From a virus (Duplodnaviria; Caudoviricetes), in the IMG/VR virus record IMGVR_UViG_3300021431_004524, positions 160,001-224,000 of that record: a stretch of DNA of 64,000 nt. One strand, given 5' to 3'. The notes beneath the pieces are model-generated. The model ran no database searches and was not told the DNA's origin. It saw only the letters and a list, made by a program, of their open reading frames with translations. Both the position numbers and the translations under genes were made by a program. Within the stretch, counting starts at the first letter, position 1; each line of letters opens with the position of its first letter. This document shows, one piece after another, positions 37,929 through 47,480 of this stretch.

Positions 37929-38065
37929 ATTTAAATACGTATTTACTTTCTATAAATATCAGTAGATACATAAAAAATGCAGCCATTTCTGACTGTATTT
38001 ATAAATCAGTTGTGTCAACTGCTATATTATTGCCACCTTTTTTGGTAATTCCGAATTTATTGCTT

Positions 38066-38560
38066 CTAACACAGCACTTGGTCAGGTTGTACATAACCCT
38101 CATGAAGTGGCCGTCCTTCTGCTTTGAAATCTTGTGGATTATCGGTATTTAATACTCCGCTGTTATATTGCGGAACGTCTGTGATTGTCATTTTGTCACG
38201 GTATTTCCGTTCCATTTCATCCACGTATTCATTTTCCTTTAACTTCTGAAGGTTACAATATAGTCTGTCCTTGAAGTCATTTATAAGCATTGTAAGGTCT
38301 TCAGGCTCATCTACTGCCCATCTGTCCGTCTTTATGACAAGATAGTACCCTTGCTTGTTTAAAGCCTCTTCACGTGTGCATATTGCGTCCTCTGTCTCAA
38401 TAGTGATTGTCTGTACATCATCTTTTCCACCGTGATTTGTATCGTCTTGCTGAATGTATGTGATTGACATCTTTTCAATACCGACTTCGCATACCTTACC
38501 ATTATTCTCAGGTAATGCATAAGGCAAAATCTCAATTCTATAATCTCTATTGTTATCCAT
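38066..38560 (-). CDS. Hypothetical protein
   Basis: 164-aa ORF. Confidence 0.7.
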   Translation of the reverse strand: MDNNRDYRIEILPYALPENNGKVCEVGIEKMSITYIQQDDTNHGGKDDVQTITIETEDAICTREEALNKQGYYLVIKTDRWAVDEPEDLTMLINDFKDRLYCNLQKLKENEYVDEMERKYRDKMTITDVPQYNSGVLNTDNPQDFKAEGRPLHEGYVQPDQVLC

Positions 38561-38568
38561 TTTTTATA

Positions 38569-39444
38569 TTAATTAGTTTTTAACGCTTTTCTTAGTTTAT
38601 CCGTAACGTCAGGCAGATTATATTTCTCATATGTACCGTCAGGTTTAAGCCATATAAGCCTACGTGCAATCACTTTTAAACCTATATCTTCCATTGGTAT
38701 CTGATATGCTGATAATTGGCAAATATAGTGATTATATGCTTCATCTATCATATTATTGAATGGAGGTAACATACGTTGTTCGTTCTCACGTGCATAACTA
38801 TTTGTTAATGAAGCATTTGTCTTATAGTCTACTATGATGAAACCACTTTTTTTATCATCAGTGGGGTGTTTAAAATAGATTAATTTATCGAATGTCCCAC
38901 TATAGCCAAGTTCTTCATTATATACTCTTGCTTCTTCCAATACTGGGTATATACTGTCTATTGCGAACAAATCTTCATGAAATTTCAGTGCTGCTTCTTG
39001 TTTAGGACAAGCGGGGAAGAGATAGCCACACTCATATTGCATTTTAAAACGGTCATTAATCTCTTCTGGGTGTCCTTGGCAAAGATGACCAAGCATTTCG
39101 GCGTACTCATGGTGAATTGAACCACTTGTCGTAGCAAGATGATTGGTATATAGCCACTCTTCTTTAAGTTCTTCGGCAGGTATACCTAATTTAAGTGCTT
39201 TAAGTTCTGCTTTTTCATCCCAATCGACATAAGGCACGAATTTCTGTTCTATGATGGTAGTAACAGATGTGAGTTCTTTTTTAGTTCCATCTGGTTTGGG
39301 CAAAAAATATTTATGACCATCTTCAATAAACTCGATGTCCTTAAAACTTTCTATAATCTTATTTCTACCCTCTGTAACCTCAATTGGTTCCGGATTACGT
39401 TTGATACGTTCTAAGATATTATCAATTTTTAAAATACTTCTCAT
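38569..39444 (-). CDS. PD-(D/E)XK exonuclease-like protein
   Basis: H.Y...SVT, G...H, E, SGTFD, IVDYKT, QLSAY. Confidence 0.85.
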   Translation of the reverse strand: MRSILKIDNILERIKRNPEPIEVTEGRNKIIESFKDIEFIEDGHKYFLPKPDGTKKELTSVTTIIEQKFVPYVDWDEKAELKALKLGIPAEELKEEWLYTNHLATTSGSIHHEYAEMLGHLCQGHPEEINDRFKMQYECGYLFPACPKQEAALKFHEDLFAIDSIYPVLEEARVYNEELGYSGTFDKLIYFKHPTDDKKSGFIIVDYKTNASLTNSYARENEQRMLPPFNNMIDEAYNHYICQLSAYQIPMEDIGLKVIARRLIWLKPDGTYEKYNLPDVTDKLRKALKTN

Positions 39445-39448
39445 ATTG

Positions 39449-39480
39449 CAAATATACTACAAAAAAACGAGACTTCCAAA
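39449..39480 (-). promoter_or_regulatory. sigmaA-type promoter overlapping the ssb terminator
   Basis: TTTG (39480-39477), 20 nt, TATATTTG (39456-39449); AACGAGA/TCTCGTT stem plus T7. Confidence 0.75.
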
Positions 39481-39509
39481 GAAATCTCGTTCAATTTTTA
39501 ACTTTTTTT

Positions 39510-40046
39510 TTAGAATGGCAAATCATCCGTATCGTCATTGCCGTCCGTTGGCGGTGCAGCAGGTGCAGGCGCGGCTGTCTTTGCCGTAATCGGTGTTGTT
39601 GTCGGATTACGTGGCGTTGTCTTCTTTGCTGTTTGTGTTGTGTTTGCAGCGGCCTGCGGTGCTTGTGGTGCTGTTGTCGTTGTGGTGTTGTTGTTGGCAG
39701 TGCCCTCGGCATTCTGCGGATTACCGAAATTATTGTCAAACATAATATCATTGGCAGTTACCTCAAGTCCTGCTTCGGGCTTATTGGTCTGTGTACTGAT
39801 ATACGGACTTGCTTTCAAGTCACCAATTACCTCAATGGACTTACCCTTTGTCAGATATTGGGCAAGTTTTGCATGATTTGGATTAAATGAAGTTACACGG
39901 AACCAATATGTCTCACGTCCGTTGTTCTCAGCACTACCGGTATATTCGTTATTACCTACACGGAATTCAATAAACGGTGTACCATTCTTTGTTACTTTCT
40001 GCTCTGCATTTGCGGCCAAACGGCCTGATAGAAATAATTTTCTCAT
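39510..40046 (-). CDS. ssb: Single-stranded DNA-binding protein
   Basis: OB-fold L.GRL, T.W..V, YL.KG..I.V.G.L; disordered linker; DDLPF tip. Confidence 0.9.
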   Translation of the reverse strand: MRKLFLSGRLAANAEQKVTKNGTPFIEFRVGNNEYTGSAENNGRETYWFRVTSFNPNHAKLAQYLTKGKSIEVIGDLKASPYISTQTNKPEAGLEVTANDIMFDNNFGNPQNAEGTANNNTTTTTAPQAPQAAANTTQTAKKTTPRNPTTTPITAKTAAPAPAAPPTDGNDDTDDLPF

Positions 40047-40093
40047 TTTTGTTTAAATTTAATTAAATTTTACATATTTTTTTAACTCTGTTG

Positions 40094-40125
40094 CAAATAT
40101 ACTACAATTTCTTTAAAGTATGAAA
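40094..40125 (-). promoter_or_regulatory. sigmaA-type promoter (variant -33 TTTC)
   Basis: GTAG-TATATTTG-C at 40101-40094; TTTC 20 nt upstream. Confidence 0.65.
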
Positions 40126-40146
40126 TATAAAACTGTTAAAATTTGT

Positions 40147-41811
40147 TTATTTTGTATTTAAAACACTAACTTTACTGTGATTATATACTATAATACCACC
40201 ATTTGTGAATGATATGTTATAGTTATCCAATCCGGTTGTTTCGAAAGATACTACCTCATTAAGTGTTTCCTTATCCAAGAAATGAAGTTTATCGTCATTA
40301 TATAGTATGATGAATCTGTCATTGGATGAATATGGGTAAACATCGTCAATTTCCTTAGTTTTCATATCTCCGTACTTGTTGATAGTAAATAGGTAGTGTT
40401 TAACCTTATTTTTATTGTTTACGGTATATATACCGGTATTTTGGTTCTGTATTACATCAACAATTTTCTCATTTATAATATATGAAGATAACTTATTGTT
40501 TGAATTATAGAAAATAACCGAATTTTTACCAAGTACCTCATGTAAGCCATTGATTTTAATAAATGACTTGTGATATACGTTAGTTACGGTATATTTCACG
40601 TTATTAGCGTATATCTCGTCAAGATAGACAGTATACATCTTATCATCCTTTGTAATTACAATAAGGATATTCTCATATTGCTTGGCACAATGGACGTTTG
40701 TAAGTTGCAATGAGGTTATTTCCTCGAACTGCTTGCTTGAAGTGTTATAATGTCTTAGATGCCCATATCTGAGAGAATATATGTTCTTATCAGTCAGTAT
40801 GAGGTTTTCAGACTTATCCACGACACCGTAATTCATGATAATACCTTTACCATCTGCTGAATAAAGACGTTTCTCTGTATCTGTAATAACAGCGATATAT
40901 CTGTTCGATGAAATAACGTTTTTGACATTTCCACTGAACAGTTCCTTGATAAGAAGTTCATTAGACATGACAATTGCATCGAATTTAACGGTATCGACGT
41001 GTTTGCCGTTCATGTCTATAAGGAAACGCTTATTGAGTTGATATATCTCATAGAACATGTCCTTCAGTGCAGTATCGGATATGGGGGTATAGAACTTAGG
41101 CACCTTAATATTGCCAATTTCCTTTTCATTAAGAAGTGAAATATTGTTTATCTCCCTATCTTTCAACTTATCACGATATACGTTATGAATACCCTTATAT
41201 GGGTGCATACCGGTGAATAGGTTGAATATCATCACGGATAATGCAAAATAATCTGAGTTTTCACTTACAGTTCCATTGAAATAGAAGTCACGTACCTCTT
41301 CCAAAAGTTTGTCATTATGCTTATAGGATTTTGTCTGATAAGAGTCTACATCAATGAATTTAAGGTCAAGACGGTCATTGACCATGATATTGAATGGGTT
41401 AAGGTCTCCTATTACAATACCATTGTCATGTGCATTCTTAACACCTATGATTAGTTTTTCTGCAAGTTTCCTCTTATAGTCACTTGGAAGACCTCTTTTG
41501 TTTGCAAACATAGGAGAATATAGGGAATATATTGGATAATAGTCAGAAAGATTAAGTTCTTCCATAATATAACCATTATAATCCCCACTGACCGCAATTT
41601 GAGGCTTTACAAAGAGATTTCCATCAAGGGGTGATAACTCATCAATCTTTGTCTGAGAAAGTGCGTCAGAAGCCTTAAAATAGAGTTTTGCTACAAGTCC
41701 ACTACCATTTGAACCGGAGATTGGATAAATTGTACCCTCGCCACCGCTTCCAAGACTGTGGTTTTCATTAATTTGGTATCTATGGCCCTTAGTATCCTGT
41801 ATATTTATCAT
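40147..41811 (-). CDS. Ser/Thr protein kinase, YegI/TerY-P type
   Basis: LGSGGEG, VAKLY, H..GIVIGDLNPFN, FIDVDSY, SDYFAL, G.HPY. Confidence 0.85.
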   Translation of the reverse strand: MINIQDTKGHRYQINENHSLGSGGEGTIYPISGSNGSGLVAKLYFKASDALSQTKIDELSPLDGNLFVKPQIAVSGDYNGYIMEELNLSDYYPIYSLYSPMFANKRGLPSDYKRKLAEKLIIGVKNAHDNGIVIGDLNPFNIMVNDRLDLKFIDVDSYQTKSYKHNDKLLEEVRDFYFNGTVSENSDYFALSVMIFNLFTGMHPYKGIHNVYRDKLKDREINNISLLNEKEIGNIKVPKFYTPISDTALKDMFYEIYQLNKRFLIDMNGKHVDTVKFDAIVMSNELLIKELFSGNVKNVISSNRYIAVITDTEKRLYSADGKGIIMNYGVVDKSENLILTDKNIYSLRYGHLRHYNTSSKQFEEITSLQLTNVHCAKQYENILIVITKDDKMYTVYLDEIYANNVKYTVTNVYHKSFIKINGLHEVLGKNSVIFYNSNNKLSSYIINEKIVDVIQNQNTGIYTVNNKNKVKHYLFTINKYGDMKTKEIDDVYPYSSNDRFIILYNDDKLHFLDKETLNEVVSFETTGLDNYNISFTNGGIIVYNHSKVSVLNTK

Positions 41812-42332
41812 AGTGTTGGAAAATTATTATTTACCTCAATTGCAGTAAGCAATACAGCGTTATATATTGCACTAGTGATGTTTTCATCACGATTATCTGA
41901 ATTGAAATTACAGTTCATTATTTTAACCACATCAGGTAATTTCAGTTTTTTGTCAGTTTTAAGTGCAATTGCTATATAGATAGTACCGGGTTCGATACCA
42001 TCTACAGCATCAGGTCCTGCAAGTCCAGTAATTCCAATGGAAACATCTGTATCGAACAATTTCATAGCACCGGTTGCCATTTCCAACGCAACGTTTGCAC
42101 TAACAACATTAAAATCTTCAATTGTTGAATGCTTCACGCCAAGAAGTTTTTCTTTTGCTTCCGTCGCATATGTGATAACGCCACCGACTAAATATTTTGA
42201 TGCACCAGGTACTGATGAAATCCTATTGGCAATTCCACCGGCGGTACAACTCTCTGCCGTAGCAATTGTCAACTTCTTTTCTGTTAATAACTTGGCAAGT
42301 GTTTCTTGCGGTCTGTTAAAATCAATATTCAT
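41808..42332 (-). CDS. pncC: NMN deamidase (CinA C-terminal/PncC)
   Basis: ATAESCTAG, PGAS, Y..EAK, VS...A..MA.GA, GITG.AGP, G..YIA. Confidence 0.88.
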   Translation of the reverse strand: MNIDFNRPQETLAKLLTEKKLTIATAESCTAGGIANRISSVPGASKYLVGGVITYATEAKEKLLGVKHSTIEDFNVVSANVALEMATGAMKLFDTDVSIGITGLAGPDAVDGIEPGTIYIAIALKTDKKLKLPDVVKIMNCNFNSDNRDENITSAIYNAVLLTAIEVNNNFPTL

Positions 42333-43402
42333 AATTTTATACCGTGCTTTTTAAGTTGCTTAATAACATCTTCAACGGTAATTAATGTAATGTTTTCCTT
42401 TTCGTCAAACTTAATACCGTACTTGTTTTCCAAATCCATCATTAAGCCGACAGTATCGAGACTATCGAACCATAAATCATTTACCAATGAACTTGAACGT
42501 CTGATGGGATACTTTTTATCGACATATTTCTTGAAAATATCTTCGAGTTCTGCCGGTACCGCCTCATCTGGTCGTACAGCATCGATGTCAAGGATTTTAT
42601 CCAACGCTAAGAATCTCTCTTTACCTTCCTTACCCATAATTGGGAATGCGGGGTGAATATTCCATACGGTTCTATCATACTCAGTGTTAAGTTTTTCATT
42701 GAAATAATGCTCTTTTTCCCTATAGACAAATCTTCCGTACTTCTTACCGTCATCATAGGTATTCCAATCGATACCCTTTTCGTCAAGAAGCAATTTAATT
42801 TGTTCATCGCTATCAAGTCCTTCCAACTGCTTATGCGAAAGCCATGTCTGTGCTGTCTGTTGCTTTGAATTACGAATACAATCTATTTGTCTCCACAGAT
42901 AATAACTATATACATCATTGAAATTATCGACTGACCACGCCTTGCAATCAAATTCAGCAAGTTTAAGGTCAAGAATCATCTGTTTCAAATCAGCATTTGA
43001 ACAAGGTGTATCACAAAGGTCTGCAATTACCAATTGATTGAATTTTGCCGTTGCCATAGAAGGCACAATAGACAGAATCTTGGTAAGTCTGTTACCGAAA
43101 AACGAACAAGTTGTCTCATTGTCAAAATCAGTCAAGACAAACGTTATTTCATCACTCTGTACATATGCGAATTTACAACCTTCTACATATCGGCAAACAT
43201 ATTTTGCAACCTCATTCATTATATTGATGAACTTATCATCAAACGGTTTTTCATACTTGTTCTTGATAAGGCGCGAGAAGCAATGGCCGTCAATTGCTAT
43301 CATTGTATACCCTTTTAACGGTAGTCTTAAATCGGTTTTTGCTCTTAATTCAGTCATTCTCTGTTTGAGAGACTTTTCCGTTGAATCCATCTTCTTTTCC
43401 AT
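42329..43402 (-). CDS. Thg1-like tRNA(His) guanylyltransferase / 3'-5' polymerase fused to an acyl carrier protein domain
   Basis: DG..F, YVQSDEI, FD.K and WRQ.DC.RN motifs; C-terminal DL..DSLD.V..MM.LE..YGI. Confidence 0.85.
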   Translation of the reverse strand: MEKKMDSTEKSLKQRMTELRAKTDLRLPLKGYTMIAIDGHCFSRLIKNKYEKPFDDKFINIMNEVAKYVCRYVEGCKFAYVQSDEITFVLTDFDNETTCSFFGNRLTKILSIVPSMATAKFNQLVIADLCDTPCSNADLKQMILDLKLAEFDCKAWSVDNFNDVYSYYLWRQIDCIRNSKQQTAQTWLSHKQLEGLDSDEQIKLLLDEKGIDWNTYDDGKKYGRFVYREKEHYFNEKLNTEYDRTVWNIHPAFPIMGKEGKERFLALDKILDIDAVRPDEAVPAELEDIFKKYVDKKYPIRRSSSLVNDLWFDSLDTVGLMMDLENKYGIKFDEKENITLITVEDVIKQLKKHGIKL

Positions 43403-43535
43403 AATTGTTTAATATTTTTAACCATAATTCACAATACTTAATGTGCAATACACTAAGACTGAGTTCTTATTATACCAGTTCTGATATAATTCCTTGAATT
43501 TTTGGCTCATTTATATCACATCGGGTATAAATCTT

Positions 43536-43913
43536 TTAATCATTATTCTTTATTTCTATTAACACAAATTTATCACATAATTTCTCATAATATTTCACTG
43601 CCTCTTCATATGTGCCAAAATATTCTACATCATACTCGCCATCGATGTAGTGAATGAGCACTCTTGGCGCATGGAACACCTTTCCATCCTCAATGATGTT
43701 TCCTTTTTCGATTAATTCCTTGGCCGTGAATGTTATTACGAAATCATCACCCATATAGATGTCATCCTCATAGTATTTCTTCTTAAACCAGCCACTATAG
43801 TAAACCTCGCCTTTTTTATGGACTAATGAGAAATTCCACTCGTTTAGTTTTTTGTCGAATACTTCAAGTTTCTTAATCGAACTGAAATTAATTGATTTCC
43901 TTTCTTCTTTCAT
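43536..43913 (-). CDS. Hypothetical protein
   Basis: 125-aa ORF. Confidence 0.65.
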   Translation of the reverse strand: MKEERKSINFSSIKKLEVFDKKLNEWNFSLVHKKGEVYYSGWFKKKYYEDDIYMGDDFVITFTAKELIEKGNIIEDGKVFHAPRVLIHYIDGEYDVEYFGTYEEAVKYYEKLCDKFVLIEIKNND

Positions 43914-43915
43914 GA

Positions 43916-44323
43916 CTAATTTTGACCTAATAATGTTGGGTTAAATACTATAATGTAGAATGTTATCAAAATCTGAATAATGTGGATAAGTTGGTCTGTC
44001 CAAAGGTTAATCTTAAATCTGTTTGCCTTGAGGTCATCCACATATGCATGAACACCTGCATTAATAATGAAGAATTTGATAAGTAGCCAATTAGGAACAT
44101 CCATCAAGAACATTGGCGGAATCAATATCATAATTGACCATGTGAAACCATGCATCAATAAGGCACTGATATAGTCACCTTGATAATTTTTGAAATCGAC
44201 ATTGTTTTTCTTACATTCCTCTACCCACCATGACTTACATTTCAGTTGAGAAAGACAAATTGGCTGGAGTACAAAGTCACATATAAGATGCATCCAACCC
44301 ATTAATAAAATTGTTTTCACCAT
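43916..44323 (-). CDS. DUF3307-like membrane protein
   Basis: H...DF.LQ, H, H...D..K, DQ..H; start moved to ATG 44323 because the TTG at 44347 lies in the promoter. Confidence 0.8.
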   Translation of the reverse strand: MVKTILLMGWMHLICDFVLQPICLSQLKCKSWWVEECKKNNVDFKNYQGDYISALLMHGFTWSIMILIPPMFLMDVPNWLLIKFFIINAGVHAYVDDLKANRFKINLWTDQLIHIIQILITFYIIVFNPTLLGQN

Positions 44324-44344
44324 ACTTTTTTCATCTTTATAGTG

Positions 44345-44376
44345 CAAAGTTACTAAAAATTCGCGATAAAAACAAA
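44345..44376 (-). promoter_or_regulatory. sigmaA-type promoter
   Basis: TTTG (44376-44373), 20 nt, TAACTTTG (44352-44345). Confidence 0.75.
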
Positions 44377-44395
44377 TATTTTATCTTAAACTTTG

Positions 44396-45199
44396 TTAAT
44401 TTTTAATGTAAAAATCCTTTGCTTTAACTATTTCACCTATAAGGTGTTCATTACCTTCAAATGGTATGCATTTCATTATACCTCTATCCATACCTATTAG
44501 ATATACAATATCTTTAACGACCATACTTACGATACCTGGTTTCCAGCAGTCATGTGAACCATCCCAATCAAGATACAATACCTTATCAAACGGTTTAAGT
44601 GACTCAACATTAAATAATTTATATTCTAATTTATACTTATTTAATTCTTCTTCGATTTTCTTGGCTTGTTCTATTTTTTCTATACCGGTTGGTACGAGGG
44701 TATTTGTATTTTTATCATATTCATAACCGTTATATAACAATCGGCAATTGAAATCATTTTTCTCTTCCTGTGTTGCATAACGATAATACTTAACATACAC
44801 TTCGTTATCTATTTTTCCTTTTTCATCATAAGCGGAAGCCAAGTATACCAAAGGAGTAAGTCTATAAAAAAGTAAAGTCTGTGCAGGACCATATTTGTCA
44901 TCATTGTCTTTAACAATAATATCACCCGGTTTAAATAATTTTCTTTGCCACATTTCCCAACTAAGAGATTCTTTAGACGGAAATAGCATACATTCACCAT
45001 GTGTCGAGATAGTACCGTCTCTGAAGAATTTCTTCTCATTTCCTGAACGGCTTTTACAGCAAATCATTGGAGTTGCCTTACGATTTCTATCAATTGGGTC
45101 AACGGAAACCAATTTAATATCACCATACGCCGGTGAATATAAGTTCAAACCTTTTGGGGCATTTTCAAGAATTGCACCAATATCAATATGTTTATCCAT
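44396..45199 (-). CDS. Bacteroidota-phage hypothetical protein
   Basis: IL..P.G..LYSP..G; GECMLFPSK; LKPFDKVL; CIPFEGNEHL. Confidence 0.75.
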   Translation of the reverse strand: MDKHIDIGAILENAPKGLNLYSPAYGDIKLVSVDPIDRNRKATPMICCKSRSGNEKKFFRDGTISTHGECMLFPSKESLSWEMWQRKLFKPGDIIVKDNDDKYGPAQTLLFYRLTPLVYLASAYDEKGKIDNEVYVKYYRYATQEEKNDFNCRLLYNGYEYDKNTNTLVPTGIEKIEQAKKIEEELNKYKLEYKLFNVESLKPFDKVLYLDWDGSHDCWKPGIVSMVVKDIVYLIGMDRGIMKCIPFEGNEHLIGEIVKAKDFYIKN

Positions 45200-45214
45200 A
45201 CTAATTAATATTTA

Positions 45215-45949
45215 TTAAATCATTATTACATTTCCTTCTTGATGATAGACAAAACCATCGTCCAACATTTTCATCCATTCTTCCTTAGTTGCCTTGAAAC
45301 TTGCAAAAGTACTTGCATTATCGGCGCACCATTCACACAATTCTTCAAATGTCGAGAATACAGGACTTATGGGACTACCTTCGGATGTTGTTTCCCAAAG
45401 TTGGTACCCATCACCGGTTGGCGGTTCTATCCATTCGTATTCATCATGAAGCTTCTTAATTTCCGGTGTCTGCCATACAACACCTTCACCTTCACAATGA
45501 GGGCAAAACAATTGATAACCATTACGCCTACAATATTCCTCTGTTAATTGCCATTCTAACCTGTTATATGTTATGCGTTGGTTTTTTAGAATGTAATCTT
45601 TAATTTCCTCATAAGGCACAGGTTCATCATTTTCAAACAGGTCTTTTTTGAGTTCATCTTTAGAAAGAATGAAATCGTATTCCCAACGTTCCAAATTATA
45701 TGGTTTTTCATTAGGATTATAATGACAACCTGTTCTATAAGGATGTGGTATATAATTCTCATCACATTTAAAACCATACCAACGGTTTTGATATTCCGTT
45801 GCTTCCTTTGTCAGTCCATTACTATATCTTTCATCTTTATCATAGCAATACGGACAATCTACACCTTTATACGGATTAATATATCCTTTCCATACTCTAT
45901 GCCAAGGCCAATCAAAATCCATTGGCACTCTTTTTAACGTTCTTCCCAT
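45215..45949 (-). CDS. Conserved phage hypothetical protein with CxxC motifs
   Basis: MGR...RVP.DFDWP; CP.C twice; GYQLWETTSEGSPISPVF. Confidence 0.75.
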   Translation of the reverse strand: MGRTLKRVPMDFDWPWHRVWKGYINPYKGVDCPYCYDKDERYSNGLTKEATEYQNRWYGFKCDENYIPHPYRTGCHYNPNEKPYNLERWEYDFILSKDELKKDLFENDEPVPYEEIKDYILKNQRITYNRLEWQLTEEYCRRNGYQLFCPHCEGEGVVWQTPEIKKLHDEYEWIEPPTGDGYQLWETTSEGSPISPVFSTFEELCEWCADNASTFASFKATKEEWMKMLDDGFVYHQEGNVIMI

Positions 45950-45956
45950 AAAATTA

Positions 45957-46298
45957 CTAATTTCTTTCGTATACCTTATCCAAACCGTAGTCTTGATAAT
46001 TCAAATCCCAATCTTTTTGATAATCGTACATAAAGACTTCAAAATCCTGTCTTCTATATACCATTTCCATGAAGAGTTCATCTGCTTTTTTTCTTGACTC
46101 TTTCATATGTGCCGGATGGTCACAAGTTGCATATTCAATGTAATCATCCACCAATAGAAGCATTTTTTCTTTAAGGACTTCCAATGCCTTTAATCTTTCT
46201 TCCTTGGCATCAAGGCAATCCATAATCTTTATTTCTGTCATATTTTCATTTAAGTTCAATAATGTGTATACGATAACGACGTCTGGAATATTCATCAA
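45957..46298 (-). CDS. Hypothetical protein
   Basis: ORF; real start is likely downstream (MTEIK). Confidence 0.55.
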   Translation of the reverse strand: MMNIPDVVIVYTLLNLNENMTEIKIMDCLDAKEERLKALEVLKEKMLLLVDDYIEYATCDHPAHMKESRKKADELFMEMVYRRQDFEVFMYDYQKDWDLNYQDYGLDKVYERN

Positions 46299-46818
46299 TT
46301 GGAGGACAATCTATAATGTGGTCTCCATATACAAATTCAGCATCGGTAGGTGCATCTTTCTTTAAAGTGAATGCTAAATCAGTACTGAATGTACTTGTAA
46401 CATTACTATTGGCTGTAATTGTATATTCCAATCTCTGAATATATTTCATTGGAATTATCTCTGTGATTATTCTGTCATTTGTTTCTTCCGTATATACAAT
46501 GTAGCCGTTTGCCCTATCCTTCAATATCATTGCCGTTATATCCAATAACTGTTTATCGCTCAAAGGTATGATGTTGCTGCATATATCGACATTCTTAAAT
46601 GATATTTTGGTATCTACGAAATCAATATTAAGTTCACCAGAAGTAAGTGCATCGGAGACCTTATTTATTTCTTCCCTTAAATCATCATCTTTATGGTCTT
46701 CCTCGTATTCTTTCTGTCTTTCAATTTCGTTTTTCCTTAATTCCTCCTCCATCTCAATCTGATTCATTGTCTTGATACAGTTCTTATCAATCGTTATTGC
46801 CGGGTCTATATATGTCAT
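46246..46818 (-). CDS. Hypothetical protein
   Basis: 190-aa ORF after promoter. Confidence 0.65.
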   Translation of the reverse strand: MTYIDPAITIDKNCIKTMNQIEMEEELRKNEIERQKEYEEDHKDDDLREEINKVSDALTSGELNIDFVDTKISFKNVDICSNIIPLSDKQLLDITAMILKDRANGYIVYTEETNDRIITEIIPMKYIQRLEYTITANSNVTSTFSTDLAFTLKKDAPTDAEFVYGDHIIDCPPIDEYSRRRYRIHIIELK

Positions 46819-46861
46819 CTTATTTGTTCTTAATAAAGCATTATTTTATATAAATACGGTG

Positions 46862-46893
46862 CAAATATACTACAAAAAAATAATAATGTCAAA
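46862..46893 (-). promoter_or_regulatory. sigmaA-type promoter
   Basis: TTTG (46893-46890), 20 nt, TATATTTG (46869-46862). Confidence 0.75.
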
Positions 46894-46912
46894 AAAATAA
46901 AGTTAATTTATT

Positions 46913-47059
46913 TTAATTGAATTTATATTCATGGAATAATTCTACTTTTATATCATGTTTCTCTACGAATTTACGCATTTGCTCTATAATGACATCCAAG
47001 GGTATTGAATGGTTATTATTACTTATCTTCAATAAATTGATGCGGTCTATAATAATCAT
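46913..47059 (-). CDS. Small hypothetical protein (48 aa, not in ORF track)
   Basis: MIIIDRINLL...HEYKFN*, ATGA overlap with upstream gene. Confidence 0.45.
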   Translation of the reverse strand: MIIIDRINLLKISNNNHSIPLDVIIEQMRKFVEKHDIKVELFHEYKFN

Positions 47060-47319
47060 TTTTCACTATATTCTTCGTCAGTTTTTTCACGCGCTTCTTC
47101 AAATGATAAACCGTCTTCATCCATAAGTTTCGCTACATATTTTCCTTTGTCTGTTAGGGTAAATGTAGCATCCGGGTCAGTGTCAAGTTCGATTTCATTG
47201 ATTAAATCAACCAACTTATTTCCGTCACCATGTGGAATAAACTCATCATGTCCGGTATCTCCACATGTTAGGTGTATGCCTGACTTGAATAATTCTAAAA
47301 TAATTGTTGCTTGTGCCAT
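47056..47319 (-). CDS. Hypothetical protein
   Basis: 87-aa ORF; LT.KGKY motif. Confidence 0.65.
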   Translation of the reverse strand: MAQATIILELFKSGIHLTCGDTGHDEFIPHGDGNKLVDLINEIELDTDPDATFTLTDKGKYVAKLMDEDGLSFEEAREKTDEEYSEK

Positions 47320-47321
47320 TT

Positions 47322-47480
47322 TTATGATTTAAATTCTTTTTCAGTTCGTTCTACGGCTTCTTCAAATGGCAATCCTTCATTATCCAAAAGGTTTGCTAAA
47401 TATTTACCTTTTTCTGTAAGTTTCCACGTAGAATCCGGTCCGGATTTATATATATCAAGTGTTATAGTTGGTTGCTTCAT
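47322..47480 (-). CDS. 52-aa tandem paralog of 47056..47319 (not in ORF track)
   Basis: MKQPTITLDIYKSGPDSTWKLTEKGKYLANLLDNEGLPFEEAVERTEKEFKS. Confidence 0.65.
   Translation of the reverse strand: MKQPTITLDIYKSGPDSTWKLTEKGKYLANLLDNEGLPFEEAVERTEKEFKS

Noticed and set aside
39590-39720. AAC-rich stretch as a DGR template repeat
   Set aside because: It encodes the N/T/A/P-rich SSB linker and does not match either VR scaffold
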